NCBI GenBank assembly: GCA_053919585.1
Contig: CM132786.1
Direction: 5' to 3' (one strand)
DNA: 64,000 nt
From: Euprymna scolopes
Lineage: Eukaryota
The notes beneath the pieces are model-generated. The model saw only the letters and a list, made by a program, of their open reading frames with translations, did no database searches and was not told the DNA's origin. The number at the start of each line of letters is the position of its first letter. The first letter of the stretch is position 1. Below are positions 24,885-37,337 of the stretch, one piece after another. Position numbers and translations under genes: made by a program.

Positions 24885-25638
24885 CTGTGTGTCAAAATAT
24901 TAACGAGTTCTGAAAATAGTACAAATAAAAAAAATGACAAAAGGTAAAACATCGAAAATTATTGGAAGGTAACATTGAACTGTGAAAAAATTTCTCAAGG
25001 ACCCTACAAACTTATGTAAGAGAGCTGATAACGGTAAATCTAGAGTTGTTTCACACCGTTCTCTACTCCAAATTAAACGTGAAGTTGTTAAATACACGTG
25101 ACAGACAAGTCGAGAAGTTTGACTAAGCCGGATTGAAGAATGTCACAAAAAGTACTCGATGCGTATCAAATTATTAACGATTTTACACTTTTTTAAATAT
25201 TTAACGAACGAGTGAATAAAAATCCATGAAACTTTGAGAAAATGCTTACAATACTATTAAGTTACTCTAGCCAGAAAAACAATGCTGGAAACGATGTGCT
25301 TAGCTTAAATGAACGATAATTTAAGGTTTAAGGAATAATAGTGTAAAAGTTACACCCGCCTTGAATAATGATGACCGTCTATAAAATTAACGATGATATC
25401 CATACATCTGTGAATGTATTCACAACGATTGCTAATAAAATTATTTGAACAATGATATAAAGTATGAGCATATTAAATATATATGGAATGAAATTGTTTA
25501 TTTAATATCATACTTTTGTAAAAAAAGATGAATATTATAGAATAAAAATATTTTAATCGAATCTGTTCTACTGTATGAAGATAGATTCGACACCATATAT
25601 GTTCTATTATTTCTTTTATTTTATAAAATTTGCTGGGA
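24290..25638 (+). repeat. Direct duplication of about 350 bp (24290-24638 and 25291-25638)
   Basis: Both start ACGATGTGC.TAGCTTAAAT.AACGATAATTTAAGGTTTAAGGAATAATAGTGTAAAAGTTACACCCG and align to ..TTTGCTG.GA. Confidence 0.85.
24883..25200 (+). mobile_element. Internally deleted Tc1-family fragment, same family as 12422-13210
   Basis: TIR-like CTGTGTGTCAAAATATTAACGAG after (TA)n. It shares GTAAGAGAGCTGATAACGGTAAATCTAGAGTT and continues in frame as VVSHRSLLQIKREVVK. Confidence 0.8.
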
Positions 25639-28424
25639 AAATATTATTCTACAAATTTCATAGAAACAACAAATTCCTGTACTTCCAATAAACTATTTAC
25701 ATTTTCCATAACAACTCAATTATCTTTTCTTATGAGAATAATTTCATGCTCACATTCAACAAACATTTAGTGCCAATCCTCTTAAAAAAATCTTATTTTT
25801 CTTGAATAAATACTGTACTTTCACCTACCAATTTACGGATCAATAAACAAAATAGGTGCTTATGTACTAATCTATATTTATAATAGCTTTCTAAATAATT
25901 ACGTTATTATTTTAGCGCGATAACATAAGTTTATATGAACCAAAAATATTCATCTCTATTGATACAGAAAACTAGAAAGTATCAAAAAATAGTCATCTTT
26001 TCTTGAAAATAAAAAACTTTTGCGTATTAACAATATGACTATTGTTTTACGATAGTACACACTGTACTATTTATAATTTTCTTGGATAAATACTGTACTT
26101 TAGCCTTACAATTTACGGATAAATAAAAAAAAAAAAGCTTGTCTTTTTGTTCTCATGTTTCCGCGCTATTTTTTTAAAGTATTTTTAACTTACCTTCAAT
26201 GTTTACGATATCTTCTTTTATTTAATTATTAGGTGAAAGTACAGTATACTTCCAAAACACCCTCTCCAACCCATGTCATTTCAGTGGAAAAAGCCCTTCT
26301 GTGGATGTGGAGGTTGGAAGTCTTTATACTACACTGGGTAATGTCATAAACCAAATCCAAAAATTGTAAATAAGTAATAAAAGTAAATAAACAAGAAAAG
26401 TGAAACTTTTCTTGAAAAAAAATATTTATTCGGTAAATTTACAGATGATTTTTGTTAATTTTTGTTTTTATATATTTTTCCGCGTATTTGTTTGGAAAGT
26501 TGTCTGCGTCTATTACTTTATTCGACTTACTCTGGCGACTGCCGTTCAAGTCCTAACCATAATTGACGGAAAATCCCGCGTGTGAGTGTCATATTCTGTT
26601 GGAGTTCCAAATTTTCTTTTAACTAATATGAAACTAAAAATTGCATGGTAACATTTGTTGTAATTACTTATTTTTAATGCTTAATTACTTATATCAGTAA
26701 GATTACAGCTGCTACATTTCCGGAAGAGGGACATGTGATACAAAAAAACACGATAAAACTATAGAGGCAAAAGTTTCCTTTGTGTAATTTGTTCTGAAAC
26801 CAGGTACTAAGCAATTTAAAATGGTCATTTAATATTTTCTACACTTAATATTTTTGGATAACTCCTCAGGCAACGCCGGGGAACGGATCCTTCTATTTCT
26901 TAATAAACTTTCGTTTTGGGGGCTTTTTGCGGTGATTAGTGTAGAAGAAACTAGAAAAGAGTAGAAATCGAATCAAACTATTGAAATGTAAATTATTTGC
27001 TTTTTTCTTTCTTGTCGTTTCTTTTCATTATTCCGTTAACGTTTAGCTTCTTTCAATACAAAATTCATATACAAGTATAAAGAAGAAATACCGATAAAGA
27101 TTATCTATAATTACATTCTCTAGGATTAGGATCGGACATATAATTAATCTTATTGATTGTCGCTCTCAGTAAAAAGATTCCCGCACAATTTTACTTGGGC
27201 CTGATTCATATTGAGGGAAATGAAAAATGAGACTCGTTAATCATAAAAATAGATTATTTTCACACAAACCTTAATCTCACACAATCTCTGAGATGATATA
27301 ACACGCTTTACGGAACAATAAGTGAATTACTGTCGCATCAAGTTCAATAAGAAACCAAAGCAAGATATTTTAAAACTTGCACGTCACAATTACTAATGAA
27401 TACGTCTGTTTATTTGTTTGTAATTCTTTTCTTCTATATGTATAAACAAATTATCATTAACCAAGCAAAAGAAACTATCAACACCTCAACTTTATCACTC
27501 GATCAGCTATCAGATCCGTGTTATTATAACCTTAATGTATTTGTGCTTTATGCCTCCGGCTTCGGCCGCGCATGATATAGACAAATCTATTGTGATTTGT
27601 AATGTTTTCAAATTCTATAACTAATATGTGTTTTGTATTACATTTAGAGAAAGATTAGCAAACCGCCCGATCTTGCCTGATGATAAAATACTCTGAAATA
27701 TGATCTTTTATTAAGACATATTTTGTATTTATATTTTGTATTTATATTGTCTCAATTATTTATTGATTATTATATTGTACTCAATATATAGTGCGATAAG
27801 CTAGAGTCGAAACCAAACCGTTATTCGTTACAATCTGAGTAAAGTCTATATGCATCTAACAGCATTACAAGTAACGTTGTTAACTGTTTATAGGTATATT
27901 TGCATATAGTTAAGATTTACACAATCTGTCGAACTACGGTTTCGAAGTTCCATTTTTTTAGGTTTTACTTTATTTACATATTTTTCCGGTTAAAAATTAA
28001 ATCTATTTAGTTCCACGTGCCTTAATACACCGTATATAAAGTTTCAAGTATCTATACTAAAAATTGGCAAAGTAGTTTGGTAGAAACCGTTTCGAGATTG
28101 AAGTAAAATTTCACTGTAAATTCAGTTCAAAATGCTATGTAACCATGCGCAATGACAAAAATATGCGCAGATAGAAATGTGCATAATAGTGGAATTAAAC
28201 ACCTAATAAGAAAAAATAACGAACTGTGAATAAGCAAAAGTATTTTTAAAGCATGTGCAAATGGTAAAACACACGAATCTGTGTGAAAGGTTCACAGAAT
28301 TTGCCGCGCGTGGAACACTGTTCCGGTGATCTGCTTTTTGGCTACCTACAACATAGATACCTTCAAGTTCAAAGTAAACATGTATTGTTGCGGCGTCTCC
28401 TTTAAGTGTAAGCCATGTTTAGTT

Positions 28425-29390
28425 TCAGAACAGTTTCCGATGGTTCGTTGTTCAACACAAGTCCTGAGAGGTAACTGATTTGCAGTAGACAGAACAGTTT
28501 CCGATTGTTCGTTGTTCAACACAAGTCCTGAGAGGTAATTGATTTGCAGTAGACATAACAGTTTCCGATGGTTCGTTGTTCTACGCAAGTCCTGAGAGGT
28601 AACTGATTTGCAGTAGACAGAACAGTTACCGATTGTTCGTTATTCAACACAAGCTCTGAGAGGTAACTGATTTGCAGTAGACAGAACAGTTACCGATGGT
28701 TCGTTGTTCAACACAAGTCCTGAGAGGTAACTGTTTTGCAGTAGACAGAACAGTTACCGATGTTTCGTTTTTCTACACAAGTCCTGAGAGGTAACTGATT
28801 TTTAGTAGACAGAACAGTTACCGATTGTTCGTTATTCAACACAAGTCCTGAGAGGTAACTGTTTTGCAGTAGACAGAACAGTTCCAGATGGTTCGTTTTT
28901 CTACACAAGTCCTGAGAGGTAACTGATTTGCAGTAAACAGAGCAGTTCCCGATGGTTTGTTGTTCTACACAAGTCCTGAGAGGTAACTGATTTGCAGTAG
29001 ACAGAACAGTTACCGATGGTTTGTTGTTCTACACAACTCCTGAGAGGTAACTGTTTTGCAGTAAACAGAGCAGTTCCCGATGGTTCGTTGTTCTACACAA
29101 GTCCTGAGAGGTAACTGATTTGCATTAGAGAGAACAGTTACCGATGGTTCGTTGTTCTACACAAGTCCTGAGAGGTAACTGATTTGCAGTACACAGAACG
29201 GTTACCGATTGTTCGTTGTTCTACACAAGTCCTGAGAGGTAGCTGATTTGCATTAGACAGAACAGTTACGATTGTTCGTTGTTCTACACAAGTCCTTAGA
29301 GGTAACTGCTTTGCCGTAGACAGAACAGTTTCCGATGGTTCGTTGTACTACACAAGTCCTGGGAGTTGACTGGTTTGCAGTATACAGTTA
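28425..29390. repeat. 64-bp tandem minisatellite, about 15 copies
   Basis: GTCCTGAGAGGTAACTG recurs at 28461, 28525, 28589 ... 29356 with period 64 and no unique spacers. Confidence 0.95.
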
Positions 29391-29739
29391 TCCACAGAGA
29401 AAAAGGGTCTTCCCGTGTTGAGACGTAGAAAACATATGCGAAATTGCTACAGAAAGGTTTAATATTTATGGAGCAATTCTGGTTTCTGATTGGTTGGTGA
29501 ATTAATTCGATTCGTTGATCGTGAATTAATTCGAATCGTCAGTTCCTAGGAGTATCGTTTATAGATAGAATCTCCTGACTATGTGGGATCATACCCAAAT
29601 ATATCACAAAAATATTGTAGCATAATCACATTCGATTCAATTTAACAATTAACCATGGCAACACTAATAGCTTACATTCATTAACCCTTATTGTCTGGTG
29701 GTTTTCAAGCCTAAATAAATAATGACTCCCTTTTAAAAA

Positions 29740-31190
29740 AGGTGATAACGTAAGTATAAGCACAAATATATACGAAAAGTGCTAACGTATGTACGATCAT
29801 ATGTGGGTGTGAAAGGTGATAACGTATGTACAGATAGAATTATGTAAATGTGATGTCTAGGATTATAAGGGTCTCTGAAAAATGATAACGTACGTACAAA
29901 CATAAATGTATGTTAAAGGTGATAACGTACAAACGATGATACTTGTGTGTAAAGAGCGATAACGTAGTACAACATAACTGTGCATTTATTAATTTTGCGG
30001 ACGGTTATTTACACGTTCATGGGTTTTGCTTCACCACATTTCGACCAACTCATCCACTGGCCTTCTTCAGGTGATTACCCGTGACGAGATAAAAATGTTT
30101 TTATAATTTATTATAATTTATTTATTATATCTATATTTATATTTATAATTTATTTATTATATTTATAAGCTTTTATAATTTATTCGCAGTAATTTCATAG
30201 ATGTTGTCTCGCTATGGTTTGGCCAACTAATTCTCTGGCATGCTTAAGTAAGAGTGAAACCGCTATTATTCGGACAATGCTCATCTGCAACCGTAGAGAC
30301 TGAACGCCTCTATCTACTGCACTACAGGCATCTGTAGAACGCCAGAGGATAAGTTGGTCGAACCGTGGTAAAAACAAAAAATTACGAATATGAGCATAAG
30401 TCCGAAAAAGGAATGAATGCACAAATTATGAAGCGTCATCTTAATTGATTAAAAAAAAAGTAATAACGATACAAACATAACTTTATTTGAAAAGAGCTGA
30501 CGCACGCATATATTATGTATATGACAGCTGATAAAGTACGTGCGAACATAATAGTGTGTAAAATATGGTAACGTGCGTACGATAAGAAATATATGTGATC
30601 GGGGATAACGTACGTTCAAAAGAAAAGTGTGCGAAAGGTTATAAATTTCGTACGGTTATAAATGTGGGTGAAAGATAATAATGTACATACGATCAGAAAT
30701 ATGTGTGATAGGTGATAACGTACGTCTCAAATAATTGTGATGGGTGATAACGTACGTATCAACCTATGCTAAAGGTGATAACACGCGTACAACATAAATT
30801 TGTGTGAAAAGTGATAACACCCACATAAACACATATGTGCACGGTGATAACGTACGAAAAAATATAAATGTGTAAAAGGTGATAAGATATGTGCAAACAT
30901 AAATGTATATAAAAGTGATAATATGCGTACGAACATAAGTGTGTGTGTGAATGTGATACGTAAGTGCGAATATACATGCGTGAAAGGTGATAACATATGT
31001 ACAAACTGAAAGGTGAAAATGTACGCAAGATCGAAAGTGTCCGTGAAAGGTTATCACGTACAAGCATAAATGTGTGTGAATTGTGACAACGAACGGACAA
31101 ACATAAATGTGTGTGGAATGTGATAACTTACGCACGAAAACACGTGTGTGGTAAAGGTGATAATGTATGTAAAAATATAAATGTATATGA
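29740..31190. repeat. Degenerate tandem repeat of about 37-40 bp (AAAGGTGATAACGTACGTACGAACATAAATGTGTGTG-like), interrupted at about 29974-30430
   Basis: Recurrent GGTGATAACGTA motifs on both sides of the Penelope-like insert. Confidence 0.8.
29974..30430. mobile_element. Penelope-like pseudo-LTR pair, head-to-head, with hammerhead motifs
   Basis: Minus 30031-30074 reads TCAC-CTGAAGA-A-GGCCA-gtggatgagt-TGGTC-GAAA-TGTG-GTGA. A decayed plus-strand copy at 30328-30371 has homologous downstream sequence ending AATGCACA..TTATG. Confidence 0.65.
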
Positions 31191-31399
31191 CGGTTTTAGC
31201 CATTCACGAATAGGAATAACTTATTTTATGGTGAGGGAAAAAATAAAAAATAAATTTTGGGATACTATTTGCTCTATCCGACATATTAAAAACTTTGGAG
31301 TATGACTCTACCCAGGATATGGAGCACGGTTGTAAATAGGGCGGCCTCCAGATTACTAGTAAAAGTAATTTACAAATGCTCTTATCTGGAAGTTAATTT

Positions 31400-32345
31400 T
31401 TTTTTTTACTCATGTTCATCCCTAACGAGGCATATTGCCACTTGAGCATAAGAAGCTCCTATTTGGAACCATACCTAGGAAGGATTACCTAGATGTTTGT
31501 CTCCGTTACATTTAAACTTCTACATATGCGTAAGGCCAAGGAAACAGGTAACAGAAAAGGAATTCCAAAGCCTAGCTGTTAGAGGGAAGAAACTATTAAA
31601 ATGGAAATCTTTCTGGCATTTAGGGAACTCAACAGATTTTGTTGCTAAGTAAATGTGTCGGGGATATTTCCATCGAGGGGACATAAGTGTAACGAGTTCA
31701 TCAGAGCACATTCCATTAAAATAGTTGTAAAACAGGCACAAAGATGCAACATTGCAGCGATGGGACAGGGATTGGAGCTTAGTTTACAAAGTGGCGCCTA
31801 TTAGATGTAAAACTCTTTTCTGACCCTATCCAACAGGGAGAGTAGTGATAGAGTCACCAGCCCAGATGCGGTAACAATACTCCATATATTAGCGAATGAT
31901 GGCCTTGTGAAAATACAGGATACTCTCAGGTGTAAGTAGTTTTCTAGCTCAATAAACGCAACCCACCTATTTTGCAGCAGCCTTTGCAATGTCCTCAATG
32001 TTTCATTTCATATTACCCGCAAATTTTAGGCCTACAAGTTTGAAGGAAGATCTACAATATTTGTAATGGGCATATGTGGTTAAAGAGGCGTCTTGTAATT
32101 GTAAAAGGACAGCAGTTTACTCTTACTAAATGTGCGGTCCCAATCCACTACGATCTAGAGGGAATTTTCTAACGATTCTGCCATTGTCTTAGATTTATGT
32201 ATGTTCCTCCCTCATGCATTTTATACAGCATTGTATCATCAGCAAATATACCCATCTCTAGCAAAATATTATCAGGGAGGTCGTTTATGAATACCAGGAA
32301 TAATAGTTGTCCAAGGATCGACCCCGAGGCACTCCCGTATTAATG
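31400..32345 (-). mobile_element. CR1/Zenon-like LINE fragment (subfamily B-like)
   Basis: LFYNYFNGMCSDEL..FFPLTARLWNS, plus GVP-GSILG / FINDLP / FADDT remnants near 32220-32340. Confidence 0.85.
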
Positions 32346-34746
32346 TTTAATTAATTCAGAATGATTGGTTGCTGGTATTAGTTATTTAATGGCATTAGTG
32401 AAAGCGATCAGTGAAAACCTCCAAGAGGCATGCAAAGCGCTACTAAAAGCACTAAATATAGTAAAAGATGCTTTCAGAGTGATACTAATATAAGTGCCCT
32501 CCCTCCTTTTTTGTATATAAGAAAATAAATATAAATCCATACTAAATAATTTTCGGTTTCATTTAAACATCAACAGATATGACGTCATGGCGTAATATTT
32601 GAAACGCTTACATCGTAATAAGCAAATTCAGAATGTTAGTGTAATAATATATATTTCTTTCGACAATCTATTTTATATCATTTCTTGTGATAGATTTTAC
32701 ATATAACTTCAGACATTATTTCTCTTTGCCCAATAACAAACTCTGTGATCTTCCTACTGTCGCTTCAAAAACACCAATTCCTTCTGAATTTTTGATATGA
32801 TAATGTCTAAAATTGTTATTCCTGCTCTAAACTGAAACTTATATCATATATTAAGTTTTAGGAATTTAATACTCTCGAATTTGGATAAGAAAAGATAGAA
32901 CAAAGTGATTATTGACAACCGAGATTATCTTTATAAAAGGTGCTGAACAGACGTTCACAAATAAGCAGGGACTGTAAGGAAACATTCCATTATTATTAAA
33001 TTGTCACCTATCACTCAATCACACTATCATCAACAACAAAGAAAGGCTTACATGTCATGCCGGGAAATTAGAACTAGGCAAAGCAAAATAAATTAGGAAC
33101 TATTACATATTTTTTATTTACTTTCATGAATTTCGGTTGATGTCCCTATAAGACATAGCATAAATAACCAGAGAAAGTAAAAGAGAGACGACCGACAGTT
33201 GTCCAGCGTGACTAACAATTTCCCGCCTGCCACACTCACACATTTTTACAGATAAACACAGTGGTATGTTACGTCTCTTATTTGTCGATGGTTATCATTG
33301 TATAGTAAATCTACTCTTATGTCTATCATATATAATTCGCCTGAGCGTATTTTCAGGACACTGATAAGAGCTTGTCAAGTTTATACATAATTTCACAAGC
33401 AGATGAGAATTGCAAAGGAGAAAATTATATAGACTCACAATAATGCTACACTCACATTAAAACTGTCATATAAATTAGATTGACATCTTATGTAAAACAT
33501 CATGGCAGATAATAAAATAATGAAATAGAAAGCACCATACCTTCGCAAGAGTGCAAAAAATCACACTTTTCGTAAAGAAATATATTCTGATTTAGAACAA
33601 GATTCGATAGAGCATTACATATATAAATGATATTGAGTCAGACTGAGCTTGGTTGAGAATCGAATACATTACTGACGCAGTAGATACTTGCAGCCGTTTG
33701 ACATTGTAAACTGTAGTTCAACGAAATCAGATTCAGTCATGATACAATGACAGAGAAGGTACGTGAGTCGATTTCATATAAGATCGCTTATTCTCTGTGC
33801 GTCTTTTGTCAATTCCATAAACAATAGATGTATTTGTGATTATCATAATCATAAAAATGCGTACGTAAAATGATATATACACATTAAACAAATGATCAAT
33901 AAACGCATAAACAAGATACGTTAGACGTCAAACAACAACAATGCAACCACATGCCTTGAGACATAGATGAACTGAGGAGCCTAACTTTATGAAGAAAATC
34001 ATACACAGAGTTTCTTTACTATTTAAAAAGAAATTGAGTTGTCGCACTTTCGGAATTCTACAAATATAATAACTCTGTCATCGCCGCTAGAAATTGAGTT
34101 ATCTGTATGGGATGCACTCTATATCGAGGTAATCTGCCAAATGTAAAACCTAAGTCGACATTCCTCTTGCTAAATTTTTTGCTGGTGCACCTATATAAAA
34201 TTTTTACTGGTATATGTAATTCAGTGCACCTTATGTTTAAATAATTGTATACACAATATTTACAGAACAAATGTCAATTATAACACTTGAATTAAAACTA
34301 GCAAGGAGAATCTACATTGGGGATTTAATCAAGAAAACAACCGTGTATTTTTCTACTCAGCTGAAGACGCCTTTTGCATTTATTTATTTGATTACAGACT
34401 ACATTTCGCCGTTTAACTTTCGAAATCGCCATAATCTGCAATGTCTGAAAATTTCCTGAATTGATGGCTTTTGTATATGAGTTGGATTTCTTAAGAATTT
34501 CATACGCTTATTGGAATAATTAAAAGAAAGTTTATCCCAAGAAGTCACTAATAGGTTATGGCAGCTAATATTAAATACAATATGTAGTTCTATAGTATAT
34601 CTTCCTTGCTTCGCTTTGGGCGTTTTATGTTTCTGATACCTTGTGGAAAATTCGTTTACCTCTAGAAGATATTACTAGTTCATTTTTTCAAGGTTTTCAC
34701 CACTTATCAAGGCCCGGAAGCCACTCAGGGATAAGTGTTATTGTAA

Positions 34747-36515
34747 GGGTCATCTCGTCAGCATTAGACAAGGCCAAACTATTTGCAAAGAACTTTGCAG
34801 CTAATTCTACCCAATGCGACGAAGGTCATCAACTCCCCATATTTCCTCCTATTACACAGAACACGCTAGGTAACATACAAATATCCGTACAGGATGTCGC
34901 CAAGCTAATCAAGAACCTTGATACCAGTAAAGCAACTGGCTCTGATGGCATCCCAATTATAGTGTTAAAAAAGCTTCAACCAGAACTTGCTCCCATACTT
35001 ACGAAACTGTTTAAGCGCTGCCTTAAGGAAAAGTGCTTTCCGACTCCCTGGAAAACCTCATCAGTTTGCCCTGTATTTAAGAATTCAGGTGATAAGTCAT
35101 CTCCCTCTCAGTACAGACCAATATGTCTCCTGTGTGTTATGAGTAAGTTGCTGGATCCATATTAAATATAGAAATAGTCAAACACCTCAGCAGAAACAAC
35201 CTTCTTAGTGACACACAATATGGTTTCCGTTCTGCAAGATCTACCGCAGATGTGCTAACGGTTATATCTTACAGGATTAGTGAATCTCTTGACAAAGGCT
35301 TCCTTTCTAGGGCAATTGCTCTTGACATATCAAAGGCCTTCGACAAGGTATGGCATAAGGGTCTCCTTCACAAGATTTCCAGCTACGGTATAACTGGAAA
35401 TGTTTTCTCAATACTTAAATTATTTCTCTCCGATAGGCTCATAAGAGTAGTGGTCGGTGGACAAAAATCAGAGGCCTGCAGTATTAATGCTGGAGTCCCT
35501 CAAGGGTCAATCCTGGGCCCAACTCTCTTCCTGATCTACATCAATGACCTCCCTAAACACATACTTAAATCATTCGTTGACATCTATGCTGATGACACCA
35601 TCTACGGCAACACATCAAAGGTTGTAATTAACAAAGTTCTCTCTGATTCTCTCTCCTCTAATCTCGAGCGCGTGGTTCAGTGGGGGAAGACGTGGCTGGT
35701 TACCTTTAATGCATCTAAAACCAAACTCCTATCCTTACATTATCAACGCTCTGATCCCCATCTGGTATCAATTGTGATGGATGGCTCTCGTCTGGATGAG
35801 GCCCCGTGTTTTGACAAGCTTCTGGGTTTGACCTTTACTCCTGATCTGAAATGGAACACGAACATCAAGTCTGTTGCCAAGGTCGCTGGAAAGATGGTGG
35901 GATCCTTCTACCGCTCCAGAAAATATCTCACTACTGATGCAATTCTCTATCTATATTAAAGCCAAGTACGTCCAAGGATGGATTACTGCTGCCATATCTG
36001 GACAGGAGCTGCTAAAAACAGCCTATCCTGCCTTGAAAGAGTACAAAATAGACTTCGTGGCTTAGTGGGGGATGCCCTTTTCTCTACCCTGCAACCTCTC
36101 TCCCACAGAAGAGACGTTGCGAGCCTATCCTTATTTTATCGTTATTTCCATGGCAGGTGCTCGTCTGAACTCCAATCTCTGGTCCCCCCTCGCCAATCTT
36201 TCACGAAAAACACCCGTCTAGCTGAATCCACTGTGAAAAATTTCCCCCACTCTTTATCTGTGCCTAAATCAAAACGTGGATTCTATGAACAAAGCTTCTT
36301 TCTTAGAACTGCACGCCCGTGGAACTCTGTTCCGTCTGCCTGCTTCCCACCTGACTACAACTTGGATGTCTTTAAGTCCAACGTTAACAAATTCCTAATG
36401 AACCGCCCCCTTTAGTAAACACTTCATCAAATCTCCACACTAACGTACTGTATTTGGAATAACCCTTATCCCTGAGTGGCTTCCGGGCCTTGATAAGTGG
36501 TAACCACCGTATAAA
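34747..36515 (+). mobile_element. CR1/Zenon-like LINE subfamily A, 5'-truncated, best-preserved copy
   Basis: KATGSDGIP, YRPICLL, ALDISKAFDKVWH, GVPQGSILGPTLFLIYINDL, YADDT, MDYCCHIWTGA. One frameshift (about 35155) and one stop (35957). 3' tail CTTATC..GATAAG hairpin. Confidence 0.95.
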
Positions 36516-37296
36516 ACAATATAGAGCGTTAGCGTGGAGTTTTTAGTGTCTACTTAGGGGGGCGGTTCATCAGGAAGTTGTTTATGTTGGACTTGAAGAC
36601 ATCCAAGTTGTAGTCAGGAGGGAAGCACGCAGACGGAACAGAGTTCCACATGCGTGCAGTTCTAAGCATTTATTTGATGTTCTTATATTTAATACGCATG
36701 CTTTAGAAATGTGTAATCTTAAATGTTTCTAATTCCATTTAAGATCTTTCTAAAGCATGAGTAATTGGCAAGCAACAGTTTATAAAAATATAAGTGTATG
36801 TTATTAGCAAAATAAATGAATTTCTCATTTTAATTTGTAGTATTAAGCTCATTCTCTAAATTAATTGTGAAATCGACATATGTATAGATAATTGTGATAA
36901 TAATTAGATAATTAAATAAATTTAAATAATAGTTTTCAACTTAATAAATGATTTTAAAACATTTAAACTTGTTTCGAATTAAAATTATATATTTCTCTTT
37001 CTTTTATTTAATACTCGGAGGAAAACTGGTGTATTTCGGGACTCCGTGTGGATCACTAATATGTTTCGCACACTATATTACTGGATTGTCATTATTCTGC
37101 CACGTTCTCACCTTTCACTATCAATATTTAGTAGAATTCAAACATTTTCCAATTGTCTTCCGCAAAGGATGTTATACACGTGATATTTATTTTAAAACAA
37201 TATGATATATGATATAATATCGGTTTTACAGGATGCTTCATCAACCATACTTCTGCAATTTAAAGAAGATACTTTACAGTGTATACTGCAGAATAA

Positions 37297-37335
<39 letters not shown>

Positions 37336-37337
<2 letters not shown>

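Noticed and set aside
28425-29390. CRISPR array or hammerhead multimer
   Set aside because: Units are contiguous with no unique spacers and no cas genes in a eukaryotic context. The hammerhead GAAA and stem I are absent.
30759-31135. Three overlapping His/Tyr/Cys-rich ORFs
   Set aside because: Translation of a degenerate tandem repeat.
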